Below are positions 27,610 through 37,968 of a stretch of DNA of 64,000 bases, one piece after another. How positions within the stretch are numbered: position 1 is the first letter of the stretch; every line of letters starts with the position of its first letter. The stretch spans positions 3,424,001 to 3,488,000 of the forward strand of contig CBDIID010000003.1 in NCBI GenBank assembly GCA_965279515.1, in the 5' to 3' direction. A program made the position numbers and the translations under genes. The notes beneath the pieces were generated by a model. The model searched no databases, was not told where the DNA came from, and saw only the letters and a list, made by a program, of their open reading frames with translations. This DNA is from Turneriella sp. Its GTDB lineage: Bacteria > Spirochaetota > Leptospiria > Turneriellales > Turneriellaceae.

Positions 27610-28746
27610 TCACAGACCCAGCTTACCCAGCGCAAAGACATAGGCGCCGATGGAGACGGCCGTCGACGTTCCGAGCCGGCTGCGGCCGATTCCTGTGCGC
27701 TTCAACGCATCGTAGGTGATTATTTCTCCGCTCTCAGGGATGGTAATCTGTCGCATTTCACCCGCGAGAAATTTTGCGGTCGCATCGGAATTTTCCAGGT
27801 CAAAACAGCTGATCTCAAGCCGCGGCAGTTTCTTTTGCCTGTCATAACTTTCGATTCCGGCGTCGAGCGTGCGGAAGAGGGCGGGGGCAAAAAGCGGGTA
27901 GGCGTTGGATAGCCCCCCGCCCAGGACCACAAGACCGTCGATCAGGGTTACCACATCGGCGATGCAGTGCCCGAGATTTTCACCCAGTTCGGCATAGGCA
28001 CTGAGCGCCGCCGCTTTATCGCCCGCCGCCTCGCCCGATGCAATGAGAAAAATATCTTTTGCCGTGATATTTTCGGGAACCGGCGCGGCCGCATTCTTCG
28101 TATAGACGCGTTTTACCGCGCGTATGCTGGTACTCTCTTCAATGAACGTGTGGCCATAGCCCCGGTTGCGCATCAGCCAGACTTCGCCTGCGGCGGAATT
28201 ATCGCCGATGAAAAGTTCGCCGTTGCGGGCGATACCGCCGCCGAGTCCGGTGCCGATGGTGAAGCCGAAAAGATTTTGGAAACGTTTTGTGCTGCCCGCC
28301 TCGGCGAGCCGGTGATTGACTTCGGGTAAAAGTCCCGCAACCGCCTCGCCCAAGGTAAAGAGGTCGCCGTCGTTATTAATAAAGACGGGCAGGCCGAACC
28401 TGGCCTTGAGCATCGGCCCCAAAGGCACTCCGCCGCGAAAAGCCGGCAGGTTGCCCAGGTCGCCGATGATACCTTCGGGATAATACGAGGGGCCCGGGAA
28501 GGCGAAACTGATCGCCGCGGGTTTTCGCGGCATGCGGCCCAGCGTTTCGGCAAAGCCGTCGAAAATAGTTTTAAGGCAGAGTTCGAGATTTTCGGCATGT
28601 GAGGGCCGTTCGACAGGAGTTACAATTTCTTCGCCGCCGGCCATCGCCGAAAACGAAAGTTTGGTTCCGCCCGCGTCGAGGGTGAGAACGATGCGCGTGT
28701 CAGATTTATGCGGTAAGTCCATCTTTTTTATCCCGGGCGAACGCAA
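27610..28746 (-). CDS. ROK-family sugar kinase
   Basis: TLDAGGT, FINNDGD, TIGTGLGGGI; true start may be slightly downstream (MDLPHK). Confidence 0.9.
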   Translation of the reverse strand: MRSPGIKKMDLPHKSDTRIVLTLDAGGTKLSFSAMAGGEEIVTPVERPSHAENLELCLKTIFDGFAETLGRMPRKPAAISFAFPGPSYYPEGIIGDLGNLPAFRGGVPLGPMLKARFGLPVFINNDGDLFTLGEAVAGLLPEVNHRLAEAGSTKRFQNLFGFTIGTGLGGGIARNGELFIGDNSAAGEVWLMRNRGYGHTFIEESTSIRAVKRVYTKNAAAPVPENITAKDIFLIASGEAAGDKAAALSAYAELGENLGHCIADVVTLIDGLVVLGGGLSNAYPLFAPALFRTLDAGIESYDRQKKLPRLEISCFDLENSDATAKFLAGEMRQITIPESGEIITYDALKRTGIGRSRLGTSTAVSIGAYVFALGKLGL

Positions 28747-29881
28747 GAACAGTAAGGTAGAGCAGGCAAACCAAGGGCACGGCCAGGCTAACCGCGCCGC
28801 CCAAACGATCGGCGATAAAACTCGTGGCGGGGGGTATTATTGCCCCACCCGCAATCGCTGTCACCATCAACGCAGAAAGTTCATTGGCCTTTTGTGGTCG
28901 CGCTTCGATGGCGCGGGCAAAGATTAACGGAAAGATATTGGAAAACCCGGCGCCAATAGCGATGGCGGCGATAAATCCCACTTTGCCGCCGCCGAAGGCC
29001 AGCAACACGAGGCCCGCAACCGACACCAGGCATGAATAGGTAAAGAAGGTCTGTGGCGTTATGCGCGTCAGGATCACCGTGCCCGCAAAGCGCCCTGCCA
29101 TCAGCGATAGAAAAAACAGACCCGTGCCGGCCATGCCGAGGTCGGCAGCCTTATAACCATACCGCTGTTCCAGGTACGAAGGCAGCGTTGCACTGATCGA
29201 AACCTCGGCGCCCACATAGAGAAAAATGCCGACCACCATTTTGAGGGTATGTGTGTCGCGCAGCACGGCGAGACTTGCACTCAGCGATGCCGTTGTACTC
29301 CTTGTGCTTTCCGCCAGCGTTGTCTGGCGGGTACTGAAGACCACCAGCGTGACGAGCGTTACAGCCGCAAAAATAGCAAAGACGATTTCCCAGCGGTTAT
29401 CAAAATAACGGTAGGCGAGAATCGGGATAAGCGGAGCGCTTAAGGTGCCGATACCCTTGATGAACTGCCCCAGGGTCAGGTTGCGCGTATATTTGCCCGC
29501 GGCGGACAGTAAATGGAGAAGCGGAGGCGCACTGACCTGGAGAACGGTGACGCCGGAACCCAGAAGCAATACGGCCACCAGGTAACCTGCATAGGTTGCA
29601 AGCCCGGTGAGCGGCACCAACAGACCTGCGAGGACAAGTAACAGACCGCCGATCGTGGTAACCTTGCGCCCATATCGGTTCTGGAAAATGCCCGTGGGTA
29701 TCGAGAGCGTACCGAACATAATGAAGCCGGCAAACGCGATAAACGACGCCTCAAACTGCGTCAGCTGCAGCCGTGTTTTGACGAGTGAGACCAGCGGCCC
29801 GATGAGATCGCCGAAACCCATCACGAGAAATGCCAGGTAGACCGGGAGAATTCCGCGCAGCGTTGCCGCTTGCGCAGTCAT
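28706..29881 (-). CDS. MFS sugar transporter (FucP/GluP-like)
   Basis: About 12 TM; IFLYVGAEV, FSNIFPLIF, TAIAGGAIIP. Confidence 0.9.
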   Translation of the reverse strand: MTAQAATLRGILPVYLAFLVMGFGDLIGPLVSLVKTRLQLTQFEASFIAFAGFIMFGTLSIPTGIFQNRYGRKVTTIGGLLLVLAGLLVPLTGLATYAGYLVAVLLLGSGVTVLQVSAPPLLHLLSAAGKYTRNLTLGQFIKGIGTLSAPLIPILAYRYFDNRWEIVFAIFAAVTLVTLVVFSTRQTTLAESTRSTTASLSASLAVLRDTHTLKMVVGIFLYVGAEVSISATLPSYLEQRYGYKAADLGMAGTGLFFLSLMAGRFAGTVILTRITPQTFFTYSCLVSVAGLVLLAFGGGKVGFIAAIAIGAGFSNIFPLIFARAIEARPQKANELSALMVTAIAGGAIIPPATSFIADRLGGAVSLAVPLVCLLYLTVLAFARDKKDGLTA

Positions 29882-31284
29882 CGGCTGAACCTGCGGATTA
29901 CCTTGCGGTATTCTTTCGAGCCTTCGTTGAGTGTTCTTTTAAACGTCTTATAGTCGACGTGGTAAAGCCCGAACCTCTTGTCAAAACCTTCCAGCCATTC
30001 GAAATTATCCAGCAGCGACCAGTAATAAAAACCGCGCACATCGTAACCCGCCTTCAGCGCTTCGGAGAGTGCGTAGAGATGCTGGCGGATAAAGAGCCCG
30101 CGGCGGGTGTCATCCGCATCGGCAAGGCCGTTCTCAGTGACGATCATCGGTACCCCTAGCTCAGATACGCGCTGAATGGCGTAGAACAGCCCTTCGGGAT
30201 AGATGGCCCAGTCCATATCAGTCTTGGGAAAACCCGTCATCTGCACCCGGCTGAACCAGGCCGGCACAAAGGGATTGAATACCACCTCGGTGCGCGTATA
30301 ATAGTTGATACCGAAAAAATCCATGGCGCGGATGCCTTCAGCGTCTTCGAAGGCAAACGAGTCTTTGAAGGGCAGCGCGACATAGTATCTTCCGGTTTGG
30401 AAGAATTCGAGCATCGCGCCCATCCAGATGCGTTCTTCGATGTGCGCCGCCAGCCAGTCGAGGATGAACCACCTGTTATAAGGCCGGGCTTCGAGAACCG
30501 AGATGATGGCGCCGGTCTGGTGTTTTTTCGTGCGTGAGAGTTTTTTAAAACTTTTGTAGGTCGCGATATGCCCTTTCAGCATGTTTCGTGTGACCAGGCA
30601 GCTGAGAAAAAAATCTGTTTTGCCCGGGGGAAATCCCCCTTCAAGATAACCGCTCATCGGGTAGAGATTAAACTCGTTGAAGGTGCTCCAGTAGACAACG
30701 TCGCCCTGGTATTCCTGGAACATCCGTTCGGCATAACGCATCCAGTAGCGTAGATTTTCTTCTTTTTCAAAACCGCCTTTGGCCGAGAACCAAAGCGGAT
30801 CGGTGAAGTGGTGCAGCGTGATCATCGGTTCGATTCCCGCCGCCTTTAACTCGCGTATCAGGTTGCGGTAATGCTGGATTGCCTTATTGTCGAACTTGCC
30901 TTCTTCGGGTTCAATGCGGCTCCATTCAATCGAAAAACGGTAGGTATTGAGGCCAAACTCACGCATCAGTCTTACGTCTTCGCGGTACATCGCGTAGTGG
31001 TTCGCCGCGAGACCGGCCGTTTCACCGCGCGCGATGCGGGCTCTGCCGGTCCACTGCGGGGTGCGTTCCCAGACATACCAGTTGTTGTTGCTGATGCCCC
31101 CCTCGATTTGGTAGGCCGATGTCGAGGCGCCCCAGAGGAAGCGGTGCGGGAAATGGAGCTTGCGGGTATCAATGGTCCGCCAATCCCAGATCGGGTTGGG
31201 GTGCTTGTAATTGAGATAAATCGTCGCTGCGAAGTTACAGGCCAGAAGGACGCCTATGAACCAGAGGGGTCGCTTGAGTTTCAT
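29878..31284 (-). CDS. glycoside hydrolase family 1 (beta-glucosidase-like) with N-terminal hydrophobic anchor
   Basis: FLWGASTSAYQIEG, YRFSIEWSRIEP, TFNE and VTENG catalytic motifs. Confidence 0.95.
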   Translation of the reverse strand: MKLKRPLWFIGVLLACNFAATIYLNYKHPNPIWDWRTIDTRKLHFPHRFLWGASTSAYQIEGGISNNNWYVWERTPQWTGRARIARGETAGLAANHYAMYREDVRLMREFGLNTYRFSIEWSRIEPEEGKFDNKAIQHYRNLIRELKAAGIEPMITLHHFTDPLWFSAKGGFEKEENLRYWMRYAERMFQEYQGDVVYWSTFNEFNLYPMSGYLEGGFPPGKTDFFLSCLVTRNMLKGHIATYKSFKKLSRTKKHQTGAIISVLEARPYNRWFILDWLAAHIEERIWMGAMLEFFQTGRYYVALPFKDSFAFEDAEGIRAMDFFGINYYTRTEVVFNPFVPAWFSRVQMTGFPKTDMDWAIYPEGLFYAIQRVSELGVPMIVTENGLADADDTRRGLFIRQHLYALSEALKAGYDVRGFYYWSLLDNFEWLEGFDKRFGLYHVDYKTFKRTLNEGSKEYRKVIRRFSR

Positions 31285-31381
31285 AGCTAGCCTTGGCAAA
31301 GGCTTGTATTTCGGCATCCGGTAAAGTGGTTTGCGGCGCATATTGACCTCAAAAATCGATCATCCATTTTTTCGAGGGCAA

Positions 31382-33238
31382 ATGACGCCAGAAACCACAT
31401 CCAAATCCACACAAAAAATTCCGGGGGCAACCGTACGTTTTACCGGTGACTCGGGCGACGGCATGCAGCTTGTCGGCGCGCAGTTCACGCAGGTAACCGG
31501 CCTTGCCGGCAACGACGTGATGACGTTCCCTGACTTTCCCGCTGAGATACGCGCGCCGCAGGGCACGATTGCCGGCGTCTCGGGTTTCCAGGTGCACTTC
31601 GGCGACCACACGATCTATACGCCGGGCGATAAGGTGGATGTCCTTGTGGCGATGAACCCCGCCGCGCTGAAAGCGAATCTCAAAGATCTTAAAGAGCGCG
31701 GCGTCTTGCTCGTGAATTCTGACGAGTTCGACGAAAAGAATCTCGCGAAAGTCAATTATGCAACGAACCCGTTACTGGATGAAGCGCTCAAACAGAAGTA
31801 CCGCGTCATCGAAGCGCCGATCACCGAGTCGACGCGCCGTGCGCTCGCTGAGTCGGGCCTCACCACCAAAGAGATCGATCGCTGCAAAAACTTTTTCGCT
31901 CTGGGTTTAACCTACTGGATGTACCACCGCGACATCAACCTCACGAAAAAATGGCTCGAAGGCCAGTTCGCGAAAAAACCGCATCTCGCGAAGGCCAACA
32001 TCCAGGTGCTCGAAGCCGGTTACCACTACGCAGAAACCACCGAGCTCTTTGAGGTATCCTACGAAATCACCAAGGCGAAGTTTGCGGCGGGTACGTACCG
32101 CAACATCACCGGCAATGCGGCGATGGCTTTGGGGCTTGTGACGGCGGCCGATCTCGCGGGCCTGCCCGCGCTCTATGCCGGTTACCCCATCACACCTGCA
32201 TCCGACATTTTGCATGAGCTGGCGAAATATAAAAATTTCAACATCAAAACTTTCCAGACTGAAGACGAGATCGCTGCAATCTGCGCGGCGATCGGCGCAT
32301 CGTATGGCGGTTCGATTGGGATTACCGCTTCATCTGGCCCAGGCATCGCGCTCAAGTCTGAAGCGATCAACCTCGCTGTCATGACCGAGCTGCCCGTCGT
32401 CATCGTCGATGTGCAGCGCGCAGGCCCCTCGACTGGTATGCCGACGAAAAACGAACAGACCGACCTCATGATGGCGCTCTATGGCCGTAACGGCGAGAGC
32501 CCGGTGCCGGTGATTGCCGCAGCGACGCCGTCGGATTGTTTCGACGCGGCGATTGAAGCGACGCGCATTGCGCTCAAATTCATGACGCCGGTCTTTCTTT
32601 TGTCCGACGGCTACCTCGGCAACAGCTCTGAGCCGTGGCGCATTCCGGAACTTGAAAACCTGCCCGAAATCGAAACGAATAAAATTCAGGCAGGCGAATC
32701 GCCCGAAGGTTTCAAAATCTATGGCCGCGCTGCAGATACCCTGGCGCGCCGCTGGCCTACCCCCGGTGTTGCCGGCTTCGAGCACCGCATCGGCGGCATT
32801 GAAAAAGACGAAGCGGGTAACATCTGTTATGACGCCGATAACCACGACGCCATGGTGCGCCTGAGACAGGCCAAAATCGAAAAGATCGCCGATTTTATTC
32901 CCGAACTCGAAGCTTTTCCCGAACAGAAGGGCGGGCTTTTGGTTTTAGGCTGGGGCTCGACCTACGGCGCACTGCGCGAAGCGGTGATGCGTGTGCGGGC
33001 ATCGGGTTACAGTGTGTCGCATGCGCACCTGAAATACCTGAACCCCTTTCCGAAAAATATTGAGAAAGTTCTGCGTTCGTTTGAAAAAGTGCTGATCCCC
33101 GAAATGAATATGGGCCAGCTATCGCTGCTCATCCGTGGTAAATATCTTATTCCAGCGGAAGGTTATAACAAAGTGCGCGGTCGCCCCTTTGGCATCGAAG
33201 AGATTGAAACGGCGATTCTCAAAGCATTAGGAAAATAA
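31382..33238 (+). CDS. korA: 2-oxoacid:ferredoxin oxidoreductase alpha subunit
   Basis: GDSGDGMQL, YAGYPITPAS, EDEIAA, SSGPGIALK, QRAGPSTGMPTK. Confidence 0.95.
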   Translation: MTPETTSKSTQKIPGATVRFTGDSGDGMQLVGAQFTQVTGLAGNDVMTFPDFPAEIRAPQGTIAGVSGFQVHFGDHTIYTPGDKVDVLVAMNPAALKANLKDLKERGVLLVNSDEFDEKNLAKVNYATNPLLDEALKQKYRVIEAPITESTRRALAESGLTTKEIDRCKNFFALGLTYWMYHRDINLTKKWLEGQFAKKPHLAKANIQVLEAGYHYAETTELFEVSYEITKAKFAAGTYRNITGNAAMALGLVTAADLAGLPALYAGYPITPASDILHELAKYKNFNIKTFQTEDEIAAICAAIGASYGGSIGITASSGPGIALKSEAINLAVMTELPVVIVDVQRAGPSTGMPTKNEQTDLMMALYGRNGESPVPVIAAATPSDCFDAAIEATRIALKFMTPVFLLSDGYLGNSSEPWRIPELENLPEIETNKIQAGESPEGFKIYGRAADTLARRWPTPGVAGFEHRIGGIEKDEAGNICYDADNHDAMVRLRQAKIEKIADFIPELEAFPEQKGGLLVLGWGSTYGALREAVMRVRASGYSVSHAHLKYLNPFPKNIEKVLRSFEKVLIPEMNMGQLSLLIRGKYLIPAEGYNKVRGRPFGIEEIETAILKALGK

Positions 33239-33246
33239 GGAATACC

Positions 33247-34248
33247 ATGTCACAAGCTACACTCACAAAAAAAGATTTTGTTTCAGACCAGATGATTCGC
33301 TGGTGCCCCGGCTGCGGCGACTATGGTATTCTGACAGCCGTGCAAAAGACGATGCCCGAGCTAGGCATTGCGCGCGAGAATATCGTGTTCATTTCGGGCA
33401 TCGGCTGCTCGTCGCGTTTCCCGTATTACATGAATACGTATGGTTTCCATACGATTCACGGCCGCGCGCCGGCCATCGCCTCGGGCCTCAAGCTCACGCG
33501 TCCCGAACTTTCGGTATGGATGATCACCGGCGACGGCGACTCGCTGTCGATCGGCGGTAACCACCTGATCCACATTCTGCGCCGTAACCTCGATATCAAT
33601 ATTCTGCTGTTCAACAACGAAATCTATGGCCTGACCAAGGGCCAGTATTCACCGACGAGCGCTAAAGGCACAGTGGCCAAATCGACACCCGATGGCTCGG
33701 TCGATACGCCATTCTCACCGCTGAAACTTGCTGTCGGTGCCGGGGGCTCTTTTCTTGCGCGCACCTACGATAAAGACATGAAGCATATGGAGAAGATCGT
33801 CAAGGCTGCACACGCGCACCAGGGCACTTCACTGGTGGAGATCCTGCAGAATTGTGTGATTTTCAACGATGATGTTTTCGAACCGATTGTTGCGAAAGAA
33901 ACACGCGCCGACAACATGATCTTCGTCGAGCAGGGACAAAAACTGGTCTTCGGCAAAGACAATGAGAAGGGCCTCAAGCTGGGCCACGGTTCATTCGAAG
34001 TTATTTCCGCGGTGGATAATCCCAATGCGGTGGCGACCTTTGATGAAGCGGACCCATACTTTCTGCAGACCTTTGAATCGGTCGGCGGTAAAAACGGCAT
34101 TCCCGTGCCCTTCGGCGTTCTTTACCGCCAGGCGCGCACGGTCTATGAGCAGGATGTCAACCAGCAGGTTCAGGCGGCGATCGCCAAAAAAGGCAAGGGT
34201 GATATCCAAAAGCTGCTCTATGCCGGCGAAACCTGGGAAGTCGCCTAA
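33247..34248 (+). CDS. korB: 2-oxoacid:ferredoxin oxidoreductase beta subunit
   Basis: WCPGCGD, SGIGCSSR, TPP motif GDGD...NNEIYGLTKGQYSPT. Confidence 0.95.
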   Translation: MSQATLTKKDFVSDQMIRWCPGCGDYGILTAVQKTMPELGIARENIVFISGIGCSSRFPYYMNTYGFHTIHGRAPAIASGLKLTRPELSVWMITGDGDSLSIGGNHLIHILRRNLDINILLFNNEIYGLTKGQYSPTSAKGTVAKSTPDGSVDTPFSPLKLAVGAGGSFLARTYDKDMKHMEKIVKAAHAHQGTSLVEILQNCVIFNDDVFEPIVAKETRADNMIFVEQGQKLVFGKDNEKGLKLGHGSFEVISAVDNPNAVATFDEADPYFLQTFESVGGKNGIPVPFGVLYRQARTVYEQDVNQQVQAAIAKKGKGDIQKLLYAGETWEVA

Positions 34249-34347
34249 GCCACGGAAAAACTCCGTATTTCTGCTTAGGGAAGTGCGTTTAGCCGCGCAT
34301 TGACGCCGGGCTTTTTTCCGGCTAGGGTCTCCCGAAAGGAGACCACC

Positions 34348-34539
34348 ATGCACCTTATTTGTTATGCCTGCGGCGATCGCATCAGTGTCAATGTCGCAAA
34401 GATTCCCGACGACTGTGAGTTCGAAACTGACATCGCCGATTTTAAATACCTCTGCCCGGTTTGCGCCATCCAGGCGAAGAACACGGCAATGCAGACAATG
34501 ATGTTAAAGAGCGCGGCTGAAAAAACAGCCCGCGTCTGA
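34348..34539 (+). CDS. small CxxC...CxxC (zinc-ribbon-like) protein
   Basis: AAGGAG RBS; MHLICYACG...YLCPVC. Confidence 0.7.
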   Translation: MHLICYACGDRISVNVAKIPDDCEFETDIADFKYLCPVCAIQAKNTAMQTMMLKSAAEKTARV

Positions 34540-34548
34540 GACTGATCG

Positions 34549-35877
34549 CTAAGGGATTTCCATCGATACGGATCCCAACCCCGCGCTGCCCATGCCCAGC
34601 GTCGGGCCGGTACTAAAGCTGTGTGTCGCATCGTCGTAGATCTGCGTCGTCGCGGTGATGTTAAACAGCACCATCATCTTTCCCGTATTTGGGCCAACCG
34701 CGATACGGAAGACATGTGCTCCCGAACCCGCCGCAGACGGCGTCGCGATGCTGCTTGTCCATCCCGTCAGATCGACATCGGAGAGCGAAGTAAAGGTCTG
34801 TGAATTCCCGTGGATGGTAAAAAATTTTCCCTCGTGGACTCCGGCGTTGATACGGAATGTAGACGCGCCATTGTTCGTGGTGTTTGTCGACACACCCGTC
34901 ACCTCAAAGGTATTATTCACGGGATTATAGAGCGAGACATCGCTCGAATTACCGTGCACAAACAAGGTTTTTCCTGCAGCTGCCCCGCTGGTGATCGCCA
35001 GCGTATGGCCTCCTGCTGCCGATGCACTGGGCAGGTTGGGTCCGGCTGTGTAAGTATTATCTGACGGATTGTAGAGTGAAGTTGTGGTTTGTGCCGCGCC
35101 ATGCACAGTGATGAATTTTCCGCTGTTGCCCCCGCTCGTCACCGGAAAAGATTTTGAGCCGGCGCCGGCATTCACGGCTTGCGACAGGTTTGGTCCCGCG
35201 CTGAAAGTGTGGGTTGCCATCGAGTAGACAGAGGTGGCGGTGGAAGATCCGCCCGCCAGCACGACAACCACGGTATCATTGCCCGGCGCGAAGGCGTGCG
35301 CCCCCGCACCCACATTGCCGCTGACAACCGGCCCGCTGCTGAAGGTTGCCGTGCCCGGATCAAAAAGTGAAGTGGAGCTCAGGGCATTGCCGTGGATGAC
35401 AAGAATCTTGCCGGCATGCGGGCCTGTGGTAATGGGCCAAAGGGAAGCTCCATTACCCGATGCCGCTGTGAGCGCGGGCAGGCCGGAAAAACTTGTCGTG
35501 AGCGGATTAAAGAGCATGGCTTCTGCGCTGACCGCGCCGCGGATCGACAGCATTTGCCCGCGCGGCACGGTCACAAAAGCCTGGCCGATACGGCGCTGGT
35601 TGCGGGTTTTCACGGTGACCGTGACTGTCCCGGTTTTGAGTGCCGTCAGTTCCCCGCTGTCAGACACCTTCACCTTCGAGGCATCTGAGACACTCCAGGT
35701 GAAATCGCTGCCGGCGTCGGTGGATGTCACCTGCAGTTGCTGCTTGGTGCCGAAGAGGAGGTTGACTTCGTCACGATCGAGCGCCAGGGATGTCTGCCAG
35801 AAATCCCCCCAACCTTGCCCGCAATGCGGGAAAATCACTGCCAGACCCACCCAAAGCAGGCTTTTTGCAGATTTCAT
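34549..35877 (-). CDS. surface lipoprotein with Ig-like (Big_2) domain and kelch-like repeats
   Basis: Lipobox-like FPHC; 'TWSVSDASKVKVSDSGELTALKTGTVTVTV'; repeated 'LYNP..NTF..GP'. Confidence 0.82.
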   Translation of the reverse strand: MKSAKSLLWVGLAVIFPHCGQGWGDFWQTSLALDRDEVNLLFGTKQQLQVTSTDAGSDFTWSVSDASKVKVSDSGELTALKTGTVTVTVKTRNQRRIGQAFVTVPRGQMLSIRGAVSAEAMLFNPLTTSFSGLPALTAASGNGASLWPITTGPHAGKILVIHGNALSSTSLFDPGTATFSSGPVVSGNVGAGAHAFAPGNDTVVVVLAGGSSTATSVYSMATHTFSAGPNLSQAVNAGAGSKSFPVTSGGNSGKFITVHGAAQTTTSLYNPSDNTYTAGPNLPSASAAGGHTLAITSGAAAGKTLFVHGNSSDVSLYNPVNNTFEVTGVSTNTTNNGASTFRINAGVHEGKFFTIHGNSQTFTSLSDVDLTGWTSSIATPSAAGSGAHVFRIAVGPNTGKMMVLFNITATTQIYDDATHSFSTGPTLGMGSAGLGSVSMEIP

Positions 35878-36000
35878 ATCTGATGATAGCACGAAATCGG
35901 GGCGGTGTCGACTTGGCTTGCAAGCAGAGGCCTACCCGCGCAGCTCCATACGGTAAACTGGTAGACCGGCCATTTTCAAATCCCGGTTATTAATCCACCG

Positions 36001-37209
36001 ATGGCGATTTCACTCGAGAGCATTACGGCGGCCCGGCAGAGAATTGCCAGTGGCGTCTATTTGTCGCCATGCCCGCATTCGATTGCGCTCTCTGAACTCA
36101 TCGGCGGTGAGATCTATTGCAAGCTCGAGTACCTGCAACGAACCGGTAGCTTTAAGGAACGCGGTGCGCGGAATGCCCTATTGCTCTTAAACGAAGAGCA
36201 GCGCCGTCGCGGCGTGGTGGCAGCCTCCGCAGGAAACCATGCGCTGGGGCTTGCCTACCATGGTAAACTTCTCGGAATTCCCGTGACCGTGGTGATGCCG
36301 GTGTTTGCGCCGCTCATCAAGCGTTTTACCTGCGAGAACCTGGGCGCGCGCGTGATTCTTGCGGGTGAGAATCTCGACGCCGCGCGCGCGAAGGCTGACG
36401 AGATTTCGGCAAGCGAGCAGCTGCGTTATGTTCATGGCTTTGATAATCCTGAAATTATCTCGGGGCAGGGGACATGCGCGCTCGAGATTCTCGAGCAGGT
36501 TCCCGACGCCGATGAGATCATCGTTCCGGTGGGCGGCGGCGGCCTCATCGCGGGCGTCGCCGTCGCAGCAAAGGCGCTCAAGCCAGGCATCCGCGTCATC
36601 GGCGTCGAGCCGGAAAACGCCGCCTGTTTCAAAGCCGCGTTATCGGCCGGACACGCCGAAAAAATTTCCCTGAAACCCACGATTGCCGACGGCCTCGCCG
36701 TCTCACGTGTCGGCGAGAACGCCTTTGCAGCCGCGCGCCCGCTCATCGATGAAATGCTTACAGTCTCGGAAAAATCCATCGAGCTGGCGATTCTGCGTGT
36801 GCTCGAAGTCGAAAAGGGCGTCGTCGAGGGTGCGGCTGCTGTCTCGCTGGCGGCAATGCTCGAGCATGGTCACAGGCGCGGTAAAAAAACAGTGCTGCTG
36901 CTGAGCGGCGGCAATATCGACCCGACGGTATTGGGCCGCGTAATCGAGAAGGCGATGGTTACCGATGACAGGCTGTGCCGTTTTACGGCTGTCGTGAGCG
37001 ACCGGCCGGGTGGACTCTCGAAACTCTCGGATGCGATTGCCTCGGCCGGTGCGCAGATCAAAGATATTTTCCATGACCGTATCTTTTCAGGGCCAGATGT
37101 CTCGTCGGTGAATGTACTCTGCGTTGTGGAGATCCAAAACGCGGCGCATAGAACCCGTCTCTATGAAGCCATCCGCAAAACAGGAATCCAGGTGATCGAA
37201 CAGAGTTAA
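36001..37209 (+). CDS. ilvA: threonine ammonia-lyase with C-terminal ACT domain
   Basis: QRTGSFKERGA, ASAGNHA, VPVGGGGL, LSGGNID, DRPGGL. Confidence 0.95.
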   Translation: MAISLESITAARQRIASGVYLSPCPHSIALSELIGGEIYCKLEYLQRTGSFKERGARNALLLLNEEQRRRGVVAASAGNHALGLAYHGKLLGIPVTVVMPVFAPLIKRFTCENLGARVILAGENLDAARAKADEISASEQLRYVHGFDNPEIISGQGTCALEILEQVPDADEIIVPVGGGGLIAGVAVAAKALKPGIRVIGVEPENAACFKAALSAGHAEKISLKPTIADGLAVSRVGENAFAAARPLIDEMLTVSEKSIELAILRVLEVEKGVVEGAAAVSLAAMLEHGHRRGKKTVLLLSGGNIDPTVLGRVIEKAMVTDDRLCRFTAVVSDRPGGLSKLSDAIASAGAQIKDIFHDRIFSGPDVSSVNVLCVVEIQNAAHRTRLYEAIRKTGIQVIEQS

Positions 37210-37212
37210 CGT

Positions 37213-37968
37213 ATGCAAAAAAAAACTTTCACAGTCTGTGGTCTGAGCTCGGTGCGGGCCGTCGCTGACCATACACCCCAGCTCATCGAACGCCTGTTTT
37301 TCGATGAAAAAAATGCCCCGCTCTTTGCAGAGGCCTGCCGTCATCTTGCTCAGGCGCGCAAAATCTACCGTATGGTGCCTGCCGAGGAACTGAAAAAAAT
37401 TACCGACACCAGCCACCACCAGGGTGCCGCCGTTGTCATGGAGCCTCCCCCCGGGCAACCGCTTTCAGGCGCCGCGTCGGGGCACATACTCTGTCTGCAT
37501 GATGTTGAGAATCCGCACAATGTCGGAGCGATACTGCGCACGGCGGCATTTTTTGGCCTGCGCCAGATTATCGTCAGCCGCAAGAGTTATGATGCCGCGA
37601 TGACGGCGGCTGCATGGCGCGTCGCAGAGGGCGGCCTGACGCACGTGTCACTGCTGGTTTACGATACCAGCGAAGAGTTTTTCACCTGGGCAGAGGCCAG
37701 GGGCGTGCGCACGCTGGCGGCTATTCGGCCCGATGCGAAGACCAACCGCAGCCTCGGTGAATTTTTGCGCGACAAGGGGAAATCCCCCGTTATTGTTTGC
37801 CTGGGTAATGAAGAAGAGGGATTGCCGGCTGCGTTTGTGTCGCGCTGTGCCGGCCGGTTTACGATTTCAGGTTCTGGAAAAATTGAATCACTGAACGTCT
37901 CGGTAACGGCGGCGCTGTGCCTTGAAAAGCTTACCGAAGTTGCGAGGTCAAGCAACCTGTTGAAATAA
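37213..37968 (+). CDS. TrmH/SpoU-family RNA 2'-O-methyltransferase
   Basis: HHQG, NPHNVGAILRTA, LGNEEEG, ESLNVSV. Confidence 0.93.
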   Translation: MQKKTFTVCGLSSVRAVADHTPQLIERLFFDEKNAPLFAEACRHLAQARKIYRMVPAEELKKITDTSHHQGAAVVMEPPPGQPLSGAASGHILCLHDVENPHNVGAILRTAAFFGLRQIIVSRKSYDAAMTAAAWRVAEGGLTHVSLLVYDTSEEFFTWAEARGVRTLAAIRPDAKTNRSLGEFLRDKGKSPVIVCLGNEEEGLPAAFVSRCAGRFTISGSGKIESLNVSVTAALCLEKLTEVARSSNLLK

